Positions 49,436 to 58,953 of a stretch of 64,000 nt of DNA are shown here, piece after piece. Where the stretch lies: assembly GCA_041862235.1 (NCBI GenBank), contig JBGVSY010000035.1, positions 16,479-80,478 on the forward strand, given 5' to 3'. Numbering within the stretch: position 1 is the stretch's first letter; every line of letters starts with the position of its first letter. The DNA is from Nitrososphaeria archaeon (GTDB lineage: Archaea; Thermoproteota; Nitrososphaeria_A; Caldarchaeales; JAVZCJ01). Position numbers and translations under genes: made by a program. The notes beneath the pieces are model-generated. The model saw only the letters and a program-made list of their open reading frames with translations, did not search any database and was not told the origin of the DNA.

Positions 49436-51094
49436 TTGAATAGAGCCTCATCAATCCTACTCGCGGTGACGCTGGTTCTCGTGTTGACCTCCACCTTAAG
49501 CGCCCGCGTGGCTCGAGCGTCCGTCGTTCAGAGTACGCCCACCAGCATATCTAGGCTCGTCTCCGTCTCGAACTACGGTCTCACGTTTATCACGGATGAG
49601 ATCATCCTTCAAGAAGGAAGCTCCATATCCATAGGCATTCCATCAGAATACAAGGGTAATTTAGTCGAATACTACACCGCCGATCCGGAAGTAACGGTAG
49701 CTGCGTTCACTGATTCGCAACACCCTAACATTATCTTCCTTAATGTAACATCGCAAAGCCCTCGGCACCAGCTGAGTTTAGTGACCGTTCTTCGGGGAGT
49801 AATCTGGCAGGAGATGTCGGGGGCGTTCAACCTTACGTTCCCTGAAACTCCTGTGCTACTACAAGAGCTTCAAACCTTCAACATATCGATCGTGCTTCCA
49901 AAGGACGCAGACATCAAGATACCGCCCGTTGGCTTCAACTTGACAAAAACAAACGAAACGGTGACGCTCTACACAGAAGCGAGAGCCCTAGCGCCTGTAA
50001 CGAAAGATGATTTATCCATCTCCTTCAACTCGGAAACAATTGACTTGTTCTCAGTAAGGAGCGACGAAGTCACCATAAACTTCGACGGAGAGCTAAATAT
50101 ACAAGAAAAACTCTGCGTCACATTCCAAGGAACGGGGGAGACAGACACATTAAGCTTACGCATACCCAAAGAATCGCAGATCACCCTGCTGAAAGGACTG
50201 CTTGGTGAACTGGATAGAACGGTGGGAAACGAAAGCCAAGGCCTAGTAACCGTGGCGGTCAAGCTCAGACAAGCTATCACAAGGGGAGAGAACGCCTCTT
50301 TGACAATACAATACAAGGCGCCGGTCGAGGCGTTCACAACAGAATCCGACGGGGAACACATCATTCACTTCCCTCAGTCTCTGAACAGTACGTACAATGA
50401 TTACAAGATATGGATCATCTTTCCTTCTACATATGTTCTCAAAAAATTCGAACCCAAACCCCAGGGGTTCATTAGAGAGGACCCATACCGTGTCAAACTC
50501 ATGTATCAAAGAGAAGACACTGCGCTAAAGAGACAAAACAGCGCCCAACTCCATTATGAGATGTCATTCAGCATGTCGCAGTACTACAGTTGGATCTGGG
50601 GTGCCGCGATCCTCCTCGGAGCAATAGGGCTAGCAACACGTCTCACACCCGTAGCAGGCCTCAAACCTGCAGCGATGGCGCCCGAAACCAAGAGACTTAT
50701 CGAGGAGGCACTGGAAATATACGTTCGAACCAATAAAATGAGGCAACAGGTGTTAACACGATCAACAGTCGAAACTGCGAGAAAAGGAGACACCGCGCTT
50801 CTAAGAGAAAGCATGCGAACAATCAAAAGAGACAGTGAACGAATGAGGGATCCATTAAGAAGGTTAAGAAAGGTGCAGCCAGCGCTAGCGTCCACTCTCG
50901 CAGAACTAGAAAAAACGGAGGGCGTGATCCAAGAACTCCTTAGCGCTTACAATCGAGTGAATGAAGATCTAAGGAGAGGCAGAATTTCTAAGAAAGTTGG
51001 ACAAAGGATCCAGAGAGAGTACAGCAAACAAATACACGGACACATAAGCACGGAAGAGGAACTGGTTGAAGAAATCAAAAGAAGTGCAGAATAG
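49436..51094 (+). CDS. Membrane-anchored surface protein (signal peptide, large ectodomain, one transmembrane helix, cytoplasmic coiled-coil tail)
   Basis: N-terminal ILLAVTLVLVLTSTLSA, many N-x-S/T sequons in the ectodomain, a transmembrane helix WIWGAAILLGAIGLA, and a K/E/R-rich C-terminus. Confidence 0.55.
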   Translation: MNRASSILLAVTLVLVLTSTLSARVARASVVQSTPTSISRLVSVSNYGLTFITDEIILQEGSSISIGIPSEYKGNLVEYYTADPEVTVAAFTDSQHPNIIFLNVTSQSPRHQLSLVTVLRGVIWQEMSGAFNLTFPETPVLLQELQTFNISIVLPKDADIKIPPVGFNLTKTNETVTLYTEARALAPVTKDDLSISFNSETIDLFSVRSDEVTINFDGELNIQEKLCVTFQGTGETDTLSLRIPKESQITLLKGLLGELDRTVGNESQGLVTVAVKLRQAITRGENASLTIQYKAPVEAFTTESDGEHIIHFPQSLNSTYNDYKIWIIFPSTYVLKKFEPKPQGFIREDPYRVKLMYQREDTALKRQNSAQLHYEMSFSMSQYYSWIWGAAILLGAIGLATRLTPVAGLKPAAMAPETKRLIEEALEIYVRTNKMRQQVLTRSTVETARKGDTALLRESMRTIKRDSERMRDPLRRLRKVQPALASTLAELEKTEGVIQELLSAYNRVNEDLRRGRISKKVGQRIQREYSKQIHGHISTEEELVEEIKRSAE

Positions 51095-52087
51095 ATTAGA
51101 GCTACCGTGAGTACTATTGTAGAGCGCTAGACTTCAGTAACTGTTCTGTCGGTATCAAAGGAAGAAGCACGATAGAGAAGCAGTAGTCGACTTGGTTGAA
51201 AGTGTGGATCAAGTCCATCGAAGGATAACGTGAGGAAGGTGGACGTGTTTTGGAGTTAGTCTTGCACACCTGACCGCCCAGTGTATGGATAGAACATCGA
51301 TCGATAAGTCGATCCAGTAAAACGTTTTATCGACTTTTATAAGTGGATTGTACGGTGATGAAAATACCCGCTAGCCCGCTTCACTACCCGTTGGTGTGCC
51401 TTCTCTACCGTCTGTGTCCGAGGCGTCTTCACCTTCCAGTTCTGGTGGTGGGAGGCGCGATGGCAGATTTTGAGATTGTGTTCTTCGAGTTGGCGGGGCA
51501 GCCCGGCAGGCTCAATAGATTGGTGGTTCACGCTTTGTTCGGCGCCTCAGTGTTATGCTCAGGCTTGGTGGTGTTGCTGCGTTGGGCGGTGTACGCTTCT
51601 CTAATGAAGGGGCTACTGAGAGCCAAGATCAGCGATAGGAGTGTGGGGTTGCAGTTACTTTCAGGGGTACGGGGCGCGGTTTCACACATCTTGCTGGACC
51701 TGCCAGGTCACCCATACAACGCGTTCCTGTAGCTCCTAACGGCTGAGTTGATAAACGTGGTCCATAACCTCGTGGCCATCGACCAGGCTTAAGCTGTAAC
51801 CCATGTATTCATGACGGTGGTCGGAGTGATCCTTGTCATGGCTGTTGCTACAGACGCGCGTGTCTGGGGAGGGTACCTGTGCAGACTCCTCTGCAATCGA
51901 GGCATGTGTTTGTCATCGATGGCTACGTTCGGGGAAGACCATTCGATCGATTCGTTAACCGTCCTGTCTGTTCAGGTGTACTGCGTGCCTGAATCGACTA
52001 CACACTTTAGTCCAATGGTTGGACTCGATAAGTCGGTGTCCATCGATGACGCCGTTTCAACTTCGTAAACAATTATAAGGAGAACGC

Positions 52088-52987
52088 GTGGCCTCGGTAT
52101 GTACACCTGCAGAATTCGATGAATCTAACGTGTGTGTGACAACGTTGAAGAGGTCTGTTGCGCTGATCAGACTTTGCAGACCAATCAACGGCGTGATGAT
52201 GCTGGTTGCGCTCTTTGTCGGCTTTGTCTTTTCAAGTCGGCCGCCCAGACCGGAAGAGGCGATCCTTGGAATGTTAGCTGCCTTCACGTTGAACTCGAGT
52301 TCCAACGTTATGAATGACTACTTTGACAGAGAGGTGGATGCTCTGAACGCCCCCGACAGACCGATACCTTCGGGGGTGGTGACGGGGCGGGAAGCCATCA
52401 CCATGGCTATATCGTTGGCTGTCTTAGGCGAGTCCGCCGCAGCGCTAACATCGGCTCCATGTCTTCTAGCGGCCACAATCTTCTACTTGTTCGCTGTATC
52501 TTACAACGCTTGGATCAAGAAAATGGGGCTTGTTGGGAATCTATTTGTGAGCGTGGGCGTGTCAGCTCCGTTTCTATACGGCATGATTGTGATCGATGGA
52601 ACTGTAACCTGCAAAATAGCTTTGTTGGCAGCCATCGCGTTGGTAGCCAACGTGGGCAGGGAAGTGGTTAAGGGCATATCGGACATAGAAGGTGATGCCG
52701 CGAGAGACATACAGACAGTTGCTAGGAAGCACAGTGAGAGGATCGCCGCCAAGGTCGGCGCTGGTCTGTATGTGATGGCAGTAGGGTTGAGCATTGTCCC
52801 ACTCTGGGTGGGGTATGTGTCGTTGTATTATGTACCGTTCATCCTAGTTACAGACGTTGGTTTGCTACATCTTTCTTGGGCGATCACGAGGGAGAGAGGA
52901 CATGAGAACGCTCTCAGAGTGAAAAACTGGACCCTTATATGGATGGCGACTGCTATGGTTGCGTTCCTAATGGGAGGATTGTTGTGA
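52088..52987 (+). CDS. UbiA-family prenyltransferase, probably digeranylgeranylglyceryl phosphate synthase
   Basis: NDYFDREVDALNAPDRPIPSG (NDxxDxxxD motif), about 8 transmembrane helices, and an apparent GTG start. Confidence 0.65.
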   Translation: MASVCTPAEFDESNVCVTTLKRSVALIRLCRPINGVMMLVALFVGFVFSSRPPRPEEAILGMLAAFTLNSSSNVMNDYFDREVDALNAPDRPIPSGVVTGREAITMAISLAVLGESAAALTSAPCLLAATIFYLFAVSYNAWIKKMGLVGNLFVSVGVSAPFLYGMIVIDGTVTCKIALLAAIALVANVGREVVKGISDIEGDAARDIQTVARKHSERIAAKVGAGLYVMAVGLSIVPLWVGYVSLYYVPFILVTDVGLLHLSWAITRERGHENALRVKNWTLIWMATAMVAFLMGGLL

Positions 52988-54309
52988 GCCCTTACCAACC
53001 TCCAAAAGGCATGGATGACCTGTTGCCGCGAGAGATGGATATCAAGCGGCTGGTAGAGGATGAGGTTAGAAGACAGTTCAAGCTCTATGGGTACCGAGAG
53101 GTGGAGACGCCAACTCTGGAATATTTTGACTTATTTGAGAAGAAGTCAGGGGAAGAGATACGGGAGCGGATGTATGTGTTCCCAGATCGACATGGAAGGA
53201 GGCTGGCTCTTCGTCCGGAGGTCACCCCTTCGATCGCCAGGATCGTTGCTACGAGGTTGAAGGCGGCTCCCATGCCCCTAAGGCTTGGCTACATAGCGGA
53301 CTGTTATCGGTACGATGAACCTCAGTGGGGCAGACGGAGGAGATTCTGGCAAGCGGGCTTTGAGATGATTGGGACTAGTGCAGCAGAATCAGACGCCGAG
53401 ATCCTCTTGGTTTCGGAGGACCTGTTTGAGGGGTTAGGGCTTCTCAACCAGCGGTTTGTAGTAGGACATGTAGGGATTCTGCGGGCAATTATGTCGGAGT
53501 CTGGAGTTGAGGAAACGGATCAAGATCGAGTGCTGGGAAGGATAGACAGAGGAGACGAGGAGACTGCTTTCGAGATATTGACACAGGCAGGTGTGGCGAC
53601 GTCCACGCAAGAGATCATACGTGAGCTGACAGAAAGATCGAGCGAGGATGTTGACCAAATCGTTCGAGAAGGGTACGAAATTTTACAGCCGTGGAGTAAG
53701 GCTGTTGGGTGTCTCCACAATTTGGAGACAATCCTGAAATTGGCTAGGAACGGTGGCATGGCGAGGACCGTTACGTTGAGGCTGGGCTTCGCGAGGGGGC
53801 TCGAGTACTACACGGGCTTTGTGTTTGAGCAGTACGTCCCCAAGGTTTCAGTTGCTCTGAATGGGGGTGGAAGATACGATCACTTGGTAAAGCTGTTCGG
53901 CGGAAGGGATCTACCAGCGGTTGGGTGCGCTGTAGGCATTACTAGAATTCAGCAGTACCTTGCTGAGAAGACAGAGCGAAAAAGTTGGAGAACATGGGGA
54001 ATGCCTGTCGCGATCATCTATAGGAAGGGATGTGGCGCGTACGCACTGAGGGTCGGCTCAAAGCTGAGGGAGATTGGGGTAGCGGCGGAGGTCGCGGTTG
54101 GCGGTAAAAAGCTAGGTCAGGCGATCAGCCAGTATTCTAAGAAGGGCCATGGGTTCCTGGTCATTGTGGGTGAAGAGGAGGAGAAGACGAGAACGGTGAC
54201 GGTCAGGAACCTCAGTGAGCGGCGGCAGGTGAAAGTAGATTTGGATGATTCGGAGGGTCTGAGGAAAGTCGTAGGGGACAGTGTCTTGCCTACGAAATCG
54301 TTTGGGTAG
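52984..54309 (+). CDS. hisS: Histidyl-tRNA synthetase
   Basis: Class II motifs (LRPEVTPSIAR, GGRYD), with a GTG start overlapping the UbiA-family stop codon as GTGA. Confidence 0.8.
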   Translation: MSPYQPPKGMDDLLPREMDIKRLVEDEVRRQFKLYGYREVETPTLEYFDLFEKKSGEEIRERMYVFPDRHGRRLALRPEVTPSIARIVATRLKAAPMPLRLGYIADCYRYDEPQWGRRRRFWQAGFEMIGTSAAESDAEILLVSEDLFEGLGLLNQRFVVGHVGILRAIMSESGVEETDQDRVLGRIDRGDEETAFEILTQAGVATSTQEIIRELTERSSEDVDQIVREGYEILQPWSKAVGCLHNLETILKLARNGGMARTVTLRLGFARGLEYYTGFVFEQYVPKVSVALNGGGRYDHLVKLFGGRDLPAVGCAVGITRIQQYLAEKTERKSWRTWGMPVAIIYRKGCGAYALRVGSKLREIGVAAEVAVGGKKLGQAISQYSKKGHGFLVIVGEEEEKTRTVTVRNLSERRQVKVDLDDSEGLRKVVGDSVLPTKSFG

Positions 54310-54311
54310 CT

Positions 54312-55187
54312 TTGAGTAAGGAAGGCGAAAAGGAGAGGCAAGCTTTGTTGCCCTCGCCTTCGTTGGCGGTGGAAGCGGGATTGGTTGTGGGGACCCTGGG
54401 GGTAATATCATATCTGTCGAGGGTGGTTGATAGGCAGGGGCTTCTTGCTGGACTGCTCGTAGGTTATGTCACCTATGCGTTTGGCGGAAGGTTTCTGTTT
54501 CTACCCATGGTCGTTTTCCACGTTATAGCTGGAGTGTCTACGAAGTACAAGTATGATGTGAAGAGAGAGAAGGGAGTCGCTGAGGAGAAGATGGGGGCAC
54601 GGGGATGGTGGAATGTGCTGGCAAATGGGGCCGTAGCAGCCGCCTTCGCTTTTGGAAGCGGGGTCAGTGGGAGTTCCGTCAATCTGGTGTGGTTAGCGGG
54701 TTTCTTGGGCGCGATAGGAACGGCGGCGGCGGACACTGTGGCTACAGAGATTGGACTACTTTCTAGGAAACCGCCGCGCTTGATAACTGATCTGAAGACG
54801 AGGGTTCCTCCAGGTACGTCGGGAGGCGTGTCTGTGTTGGGAGAGTCAGCCCAGATCGTGAGCTCGGTCTTGACAAGCGCAGCGGTCGTCATATTCATCC
54901 CGTCTGCGGATTTTGCTAGGTGGGTTTTCGGGGTAACGGTGGTTTCTAGCTTCGTGGGGTCCACGCTGGATAGTGTAATTGGAGCGACTGTGCAGGGGAT
55001 TTTTAGATGTGAGGTTTGCCAGGGAACAACGGAGAAGAGGGTTCATTGTGGTAGGAAGACGGTTCACGTTAGAGGCAGTCCTTCGATCGACAACAACGTC
55101 GTGAACCTGTTGGCCACAGCGTTCGGTGCCGCGGTGGCAATAGCCTTGCATTTGTTAGGAGTGTTCGGGTTTGCTTTTAGGGTCTGA
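54312..55187 (+). CDS. DUF92/TMEM19-family integral membrane protein
   Basis: Multiple transmembrane helices with G-rich motifs (GGR, ANGAVAAAFA) and a C-terminal CEVCQGTTEKRVHCG zinc-ribbon-like tail. Confidence 0.55.
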   Translation: MSKEGEKERQALLPSPSLAVEAGLVVGTLGVISYLSRVVDRQGLLAGLLVGYVTYAFGGRFLFLPMVVFHVIAGVSTKYKYDVKREKGVAEEKMGARGWWNVLANGAVAAAFAFGSGVSGSSVNLVWLAGFLGAIGTAAADTVATEIGLLSRKPPRLITDLKTRVPPGTSGGVSVLGESAQIVSSVLTSAAVVIFIPSADFARWVFGVTVVSSFVGSTLDSVIGATVQGIFRCEVCQGTTEKRVHCGRKTVHVRGSPSIDNNVVNLLATAFGAAVAIALHLLGVFGFAFRV

Positions 55188-55341
55188 CCGAGCAATACGA
55201 GAAGGAAGCCCGCAAGCATTGCCGAAGACCCTTTGGCTCGAGAGGCCAGTTGACGGACGAAGATGGTTGAGGATCGAGAAGGGGGACGCTTCGGCCACGA
55301 CCAGGACCCCAACCTGGGCATCAGCCTCTTCGATGGGTCCC

Positions 55342-55572
55342 TCAGAGATAGAACACCGGACGATCGATGCCTCGAACACGGTTAAAGTCCTTCAAGGGGT
55401 CAGCCGCCTTGGCGTTGTTGGCTGTCCTGACAGTGTCCAGATAGATTTCTACCCTTGACCAAAAACGCCACAGTTGCCGCGTCTCCACGTGGAACAGGCG
55501 TCGAGCCCACTCCCGGTCAGGCAGCGTAAGCATGACTACCCCGTTGTCGGTGACGACACACTTCTCAGCCAC
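55342..55572 (-). CDS. Small hypothetical protein (76 aa, GTG start) immediately downstream of the RHH gene
   Basis: Its start lies 1 nt after the TAA stop of the upstream RHH gene. Confidence 0.35.
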   Translation of the reverse strand: MAEKCVVTDNGVVMLTLPDREWARRLFHVETRQLWRFWSRVEIYLDTVRTANNAKAADPLKDFNRVRGIDRPVFYL

Positions 55573-55573
55573 G

Positions 55574-55906
55574 TTATTCACCAACCTCCTCGAGCAGCTG
55601 ACGCGCTCGCTCACGCAGCTTGACAATCTCGTCTAGGGTAATCCTGAGTTTCTCGTAGGTGGCCTTCTTGGTGGCAACACCTTGGCGCACTAGGTATGCC
55701 ACCGCTTCACTTCTGCTGCCATACAGACCCAGTCCAACCAACACATCCACTAACTCCAAGTCGTGATCAGTCATCCTTGTCAAGACAACGTTACCTCGCT
55801 TCCTGGACGGGAGAGGAGGAAGTTCAGCTGCGAACGGACCCATCCTACTCAATTGTTGGGAGAACTCATCCTGCAAGCGCTGTAATTGGCGAGCCACCCG
55901 TCTCAC
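55574..55906 (-). CDS. RHH (CopG/NikR-like) DNA-binding protein
   Basis: NVVLTRMTDHDLELVDVLVGLGLYGSRSEAVAYLVRQGV has the RHH strand-helix-helix pattern with an SRSEA motif. Confidence 0.6.
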   Translation of the reverse strand: MRRVARQLQRLQDEFSQQLSRMGPFAAELPPLPSRKRGNVVLTRMTDHDLELVDVLVGLGLYGSRSEAVAYLVRQGVATKKATYEKLRITLDEIVKLRERARQLLEEVGE

Positions 55907-55956
55907 CTCGTCACGGAGAGGTTCTTGGTCTTCCAGCGCCTCTCTCCTCCCATCCA

Positions 55957-56044
55957 GTAATCACGTAATAATTCGTAATTGCGTAATATAAAACATTTTC
56001 TGGGCATCGTCGAAGATGATGTAACGATGTAATCGCGTAATCGC
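55957..56044. repeat. AT-rich tract with seven (C)GTAAT direct repeats, a candidate RHH operator or origin unwinding element
   Basis: cagtaatc acgtaata ttcgtaatt gcgtaatat ... atgtaacg atgtaatc gcgtaatc, lying 50-140 bp upstream of the RHH gene start. Confidence 0.5.
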
Positions 56045-56433
56045 CCTACAAGTTCACGATCTGTTTGCACCCAACTAACTTAGTCGAGTGGCCGCTGTGA
56101 ACGTCAAGCATTCTTGAGAAAAGGCGTAATTTTCCGGTTTCAGGGTGTGAGAAGGAGAAATTGAGGGCGGGTGGAAACGGACTACTTACGGCTATTAACC
56201 AAGAAGGGCGTATGTTTGAGCAATTTTGTATAAACAGTAGGAGCAAACACAAGTTGGAGAAGGTTCCTCTCTCCATGTTTTGAGTCAAAGGTCGTGCGTC
56301 GCACATGATGATGCCCAGAGAATGATGAATTACAAGCTCAGCTTGGAGCTTGCGCCCCGAAGGTCGACCGCGAGGTCCCTCCATCACGGGGTTCACATAA
56401 AAGAACTAGTGAATCGCAGTGACTGACGAGCAC

Positions 56434-56456
56434 GTTCCACCGGAAATGAAGGGGTT
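56434..56456 (+). promoter_or_regulatory. ORB-like element 1 of the predicted oriC
   Basis: gTTCCAccGGAAAtgAAGGGGtt matches the archaeal mini-ORB/ORB pattern TTCCA-nn-GGAAA-n-GAA-GGGG. Confidence 0.6.
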
Positions 56457-56603
56457 ATTTAAATGAGCAGATCTACAGGAGAGGACCGCGTTTTGGTGCC
56501 GATCTGTATGTAGAGGATTGGAGAGAACCTTTCCTTGTACATTTGGTCACGCGGTTTGACAGGATGTGAAGGAATGTGGAAGCGGTTGTGTATGGCCACG
56601 CAA

Positions 56604-56630
56604 CCCCTCACCCCCTCGTTTCCGGTGGAG
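56604..56630 (-). promoter_or_regulatory. ORB-like element 2 of the predicted oriC, inverted relative to ORB1
   Basis: The reverse complement reads cTCCAccGGAAAcGAGGGGGtgaggg. Together with ORB1 it brackets about 147 bp about 200 bp upstream of orc1/cdc6. Confidence 0.6.
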
Positions 56631-56826
56631 GCGTCTTAACGGGAGTCCAGACATCAGAATGGCTGTGGAGATCTTCCTGTATCTTTAGGTTTAGGAAAGT
56701 GTATCATAGGTTTCTTCCGTCTTTCAGCTGTCTGACTCCCCCGAGGCTAGCTCGCTTGTCTCTCACACTATCTCACAATCAACAACTCCGCCTCGCGTTC
56801 CATGCGTCAACCAGGGGTGTCTGTCT

Positions 56827-58071
56827 TTGGAAGATCCCCTCGCCAACTTAGTCTTCAGCGCACACAGCGCCTCTCCCATATTTCTCGATAGGGAGGTTCT
56901 GCGCGCAGACTATCTTCCCTCCTCCCTGCCCCACCGCGTCGACCATCTGAGGCGCGTTGCACAGATGCTTTCGCCAGCGCTTGCTAGGTCGAGGCCGTCC
57001 AACATTTTCATCTACGGAAAGACCGGAACCGGCAAAACCGCCGTGCTCAAACGCGTTTTCGACCGCTTCTCCTCCGAAGCAAATAGGCTTCAGCGCAACG
57101 CCAGGTTTGTGTATGTCAACTGTAGGCTCTTGGGAACAGAATACCGGGTCCTAGCTGCGCTTGCCGCGGCCGTCAGGGTGCGGGTCCCCTTCACCGGCTT
57201 AGCTACAGCTGAGGTCTTCCGTCGGCTCACCTCCGGGCTCGCCAAGAGGCCAGGCTTCTTCGTGCTTGGTCTGGACGAGATCGACGCCTTAGTCAAGCTC
57301 TCAGGCGACAACCTTCTCTACGAATTGACTAGGATAAACGAGTCTCTTACCTCCTCCCGTGTGTCTCTCGTTGGTGTTTCCAACGACCTCATGTGGAAGG
57401 ACCTTCTGGGACCCCGCGTGTTAAGCAGCCTAAGTGAGCAAGAACTTGTCTTCCACCCGTACTCTGCGCTTGAATTGGCCGACATTCTAAGGGAGCGTGC
57501 TCGGCCAGCTTTCAGACAGAGCGCCATTTCAGATTCAGTGATAGCTCTCTGCGCGGCTCTGGCCGCGTCTGAGCATGGCGATGCACGCCGAGCGCTCGAT
57601 CTTCTCAGGGTGTCCGGCGAAGTTGCTGAGCGCGACCAGTCAACTGCTGTCAGTGAGAAACATGTGCGTATGGCCCAAGGTGTCATCGAGCGAGGCAGAG
57701 TTTTCGAAGCTCTCACCTCGCTGCCACTTCATTCTCGGATGGTTCTGGCATCAATTCTCTCCCTAAGTCGCCAAGGCTGCGATGTTACGTCCGGGACCGT
57801 TCACTCAACATACAAGGACTTCTGCAGTCTTCTCAACGTTGACCCGCTCACCCAGCGCCGAGTCAGCGGCCTAATATCTGAGCTGGATATGATGGGCGTC
57901 TTGGGGACCAAGCTAATCAGCTTTGGTCGATACGGCAGGACAAAGAAACTCAAGCTCCTCGTCCCCATTGATGACGTCGCCTCGGTCTTAGAGTGCGATG
58001 AACTCCTCTCACCAGTGCTTACGCATCCTCCCCCGAACACAACTCCACAATATTCTGACAAACACCTCTGA
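56827..58071 (+). CDS. orc1: Orc1/Cdc6 replication initiator (apparent TTG start)
   Basis: N-terminal ...LRADYLPSSLPHRVDHL, Walker A GKTGTGKT, Walker B FVLGLDEIDAL, and a C-terminal winged helix. Confidence 0.85.
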   Translation: MEDPLANLVFSAHSASPIFLDREVLRADYLPSSLPHRVDHLRRVAQMLSPALARSRPSNIFIYGKTGTGKTAVLKRVFDRFSSEANRLQRNARFVYVNCRLLGTEYRVLAALAAAVRVRVPFTGLATAEVFRRLTSGLAKRPGFFVLGLDEIDALVKLSGDNLLYELTRINESLTSSRVSLVGVSNDLMWKDLLGPRVLSSLSEQELVFHPYSALELADILRERARPAFRQSAISDSVIALCAALAASEHGDARRALDLLRVSGEVAERDQSTAVSEKHVRMAQGVIERGRVFEALTSLPLHSRMVLASILSLSRQGCDVTSGTVHSTYKDFCSLLNVDPLTQRRVSGLISELDMMGVLGTKLISFGRYGRTKKLKLLVPIDDVASVLECDELLSPVLTHPPPNTTPQYSDKHL

Positions 58072-58197
58072 ATGAATACGAGGCACGTCATCGTCCCAAA
58101 AGGGCAGCAACGGGGTACTTAGCCGTCCTGTTGACCCACATTTCATACCATGGGCGTAGGCGCCTTGACCGGTTGTTTCTCTCCTAGAACACGCTGT

Positions 58198-58953
58198 CTA
58201 TGGCGGTTCGTAAACAAATCGGGTTCTCTTTTTCCCGCTTCTTCTTGATACATATTGGACCCGCCTCGGTCTCTCATAGTCATGTTCTGGTGCCTCGACT
58301 GCTGTACGGGTCCAATAGGCTTTTCCTCGGGTGTCCCATAGTATAGCGTTGATCAAGCCCTTCTCGTATTGCTGGACATCAAGTTCTCCCCTCATGCGCT
58401 TCACTATCTCGAACGGGAGTCTAACTTGCCGTATCGCCCTTGAAAGACTTAGACGGAACGTCCGCGGATTCAGCGACCTCAGTTCCTTCCCCTGCGGAGA
58501 CCACCAGAGTGCAACCAACTGTTCAAAAAACTCATCGCGCCGCCTTCTCTCAGCCCTGCTTTGGGGCCGTGAAATGAGTTTGGCCCATGCTATCGCTCTG
58601 AGAGGTGGCTCGTCCACATCATCCTCCCTTATCTCATAAACAACTCTCCTTCCGCTTTTGCTCTTGGAAACCAGACCTCTAGAAAGAAGGTGTCCGAGGG
58701 TTCTCCAGACTGTGTTTCTCGCTAGCTCAGTCTCTCTGACCAGCCGATCAAACCAAGTTGGCCCCTTAGACAAGACCCGATGCACTTTGAGAGTGCTTCT
58801 TGCTGAGGGTCCACGCGGCCTACCTCTGGACCTTCTCACACCTGAACCCGTATCAATAAATTCGCTGTTCCGGATATACTTATTGAGGCAAACTTCTTCT
58901 TTCTTGACGGGATGCCAACGTATTAGACAGAATTGTATTGCACACGTCATCAT
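58198..58953 (-). CDS. Hypothetical basic protein with a winged-helix and AT-hook (RGRPRGP)
   Basis: 251 aa, with the HTH-like segment TWFDRLVRETELARNTVWRTLGHLLSRGLV and an RGRPRG AT-hook. Confidence 0.45.
   Translation of the reverse strand: MMTCAIQFCLIRWHPVKKEEVCLNKYIRNSEFIDTGSGVRRSRGRPRGPSARSTLKVHRVLSKGPTWFDRLVRETELARNTVWRTLGHLLSRGLVSKSKSGRRVVYEIREDDVDEPPLRAIAWAKLISRPQSRAERRRRDEFFEQLVALWWSPQGKELRSLNPRTFRLSLSRAIRQVRLPFEIVKRMRGELDVQQYEKGLINAILWDTRGKAYWTRTAVEAPEHDYERPRRVQYVSRRSGKKRTRFVYEPP

Noticed and set aside
51360-51720. GC-rich island as a possible RNase P or SRP RNA
   Set aside because: No match to the conserved RNase P P4 (AGUCCGGGC-like) or SRP domain IV motifs was seen by eye. It is kept only as an unexplained region.
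56296-56330. Possible C/D-box sRNA (ATGATGA ... TGATGA) inside the origin region
   Set aside because: C and C'-like boxes are present, but no appropriately spaced CTGA D/D' boxes or terminal stem were seen.
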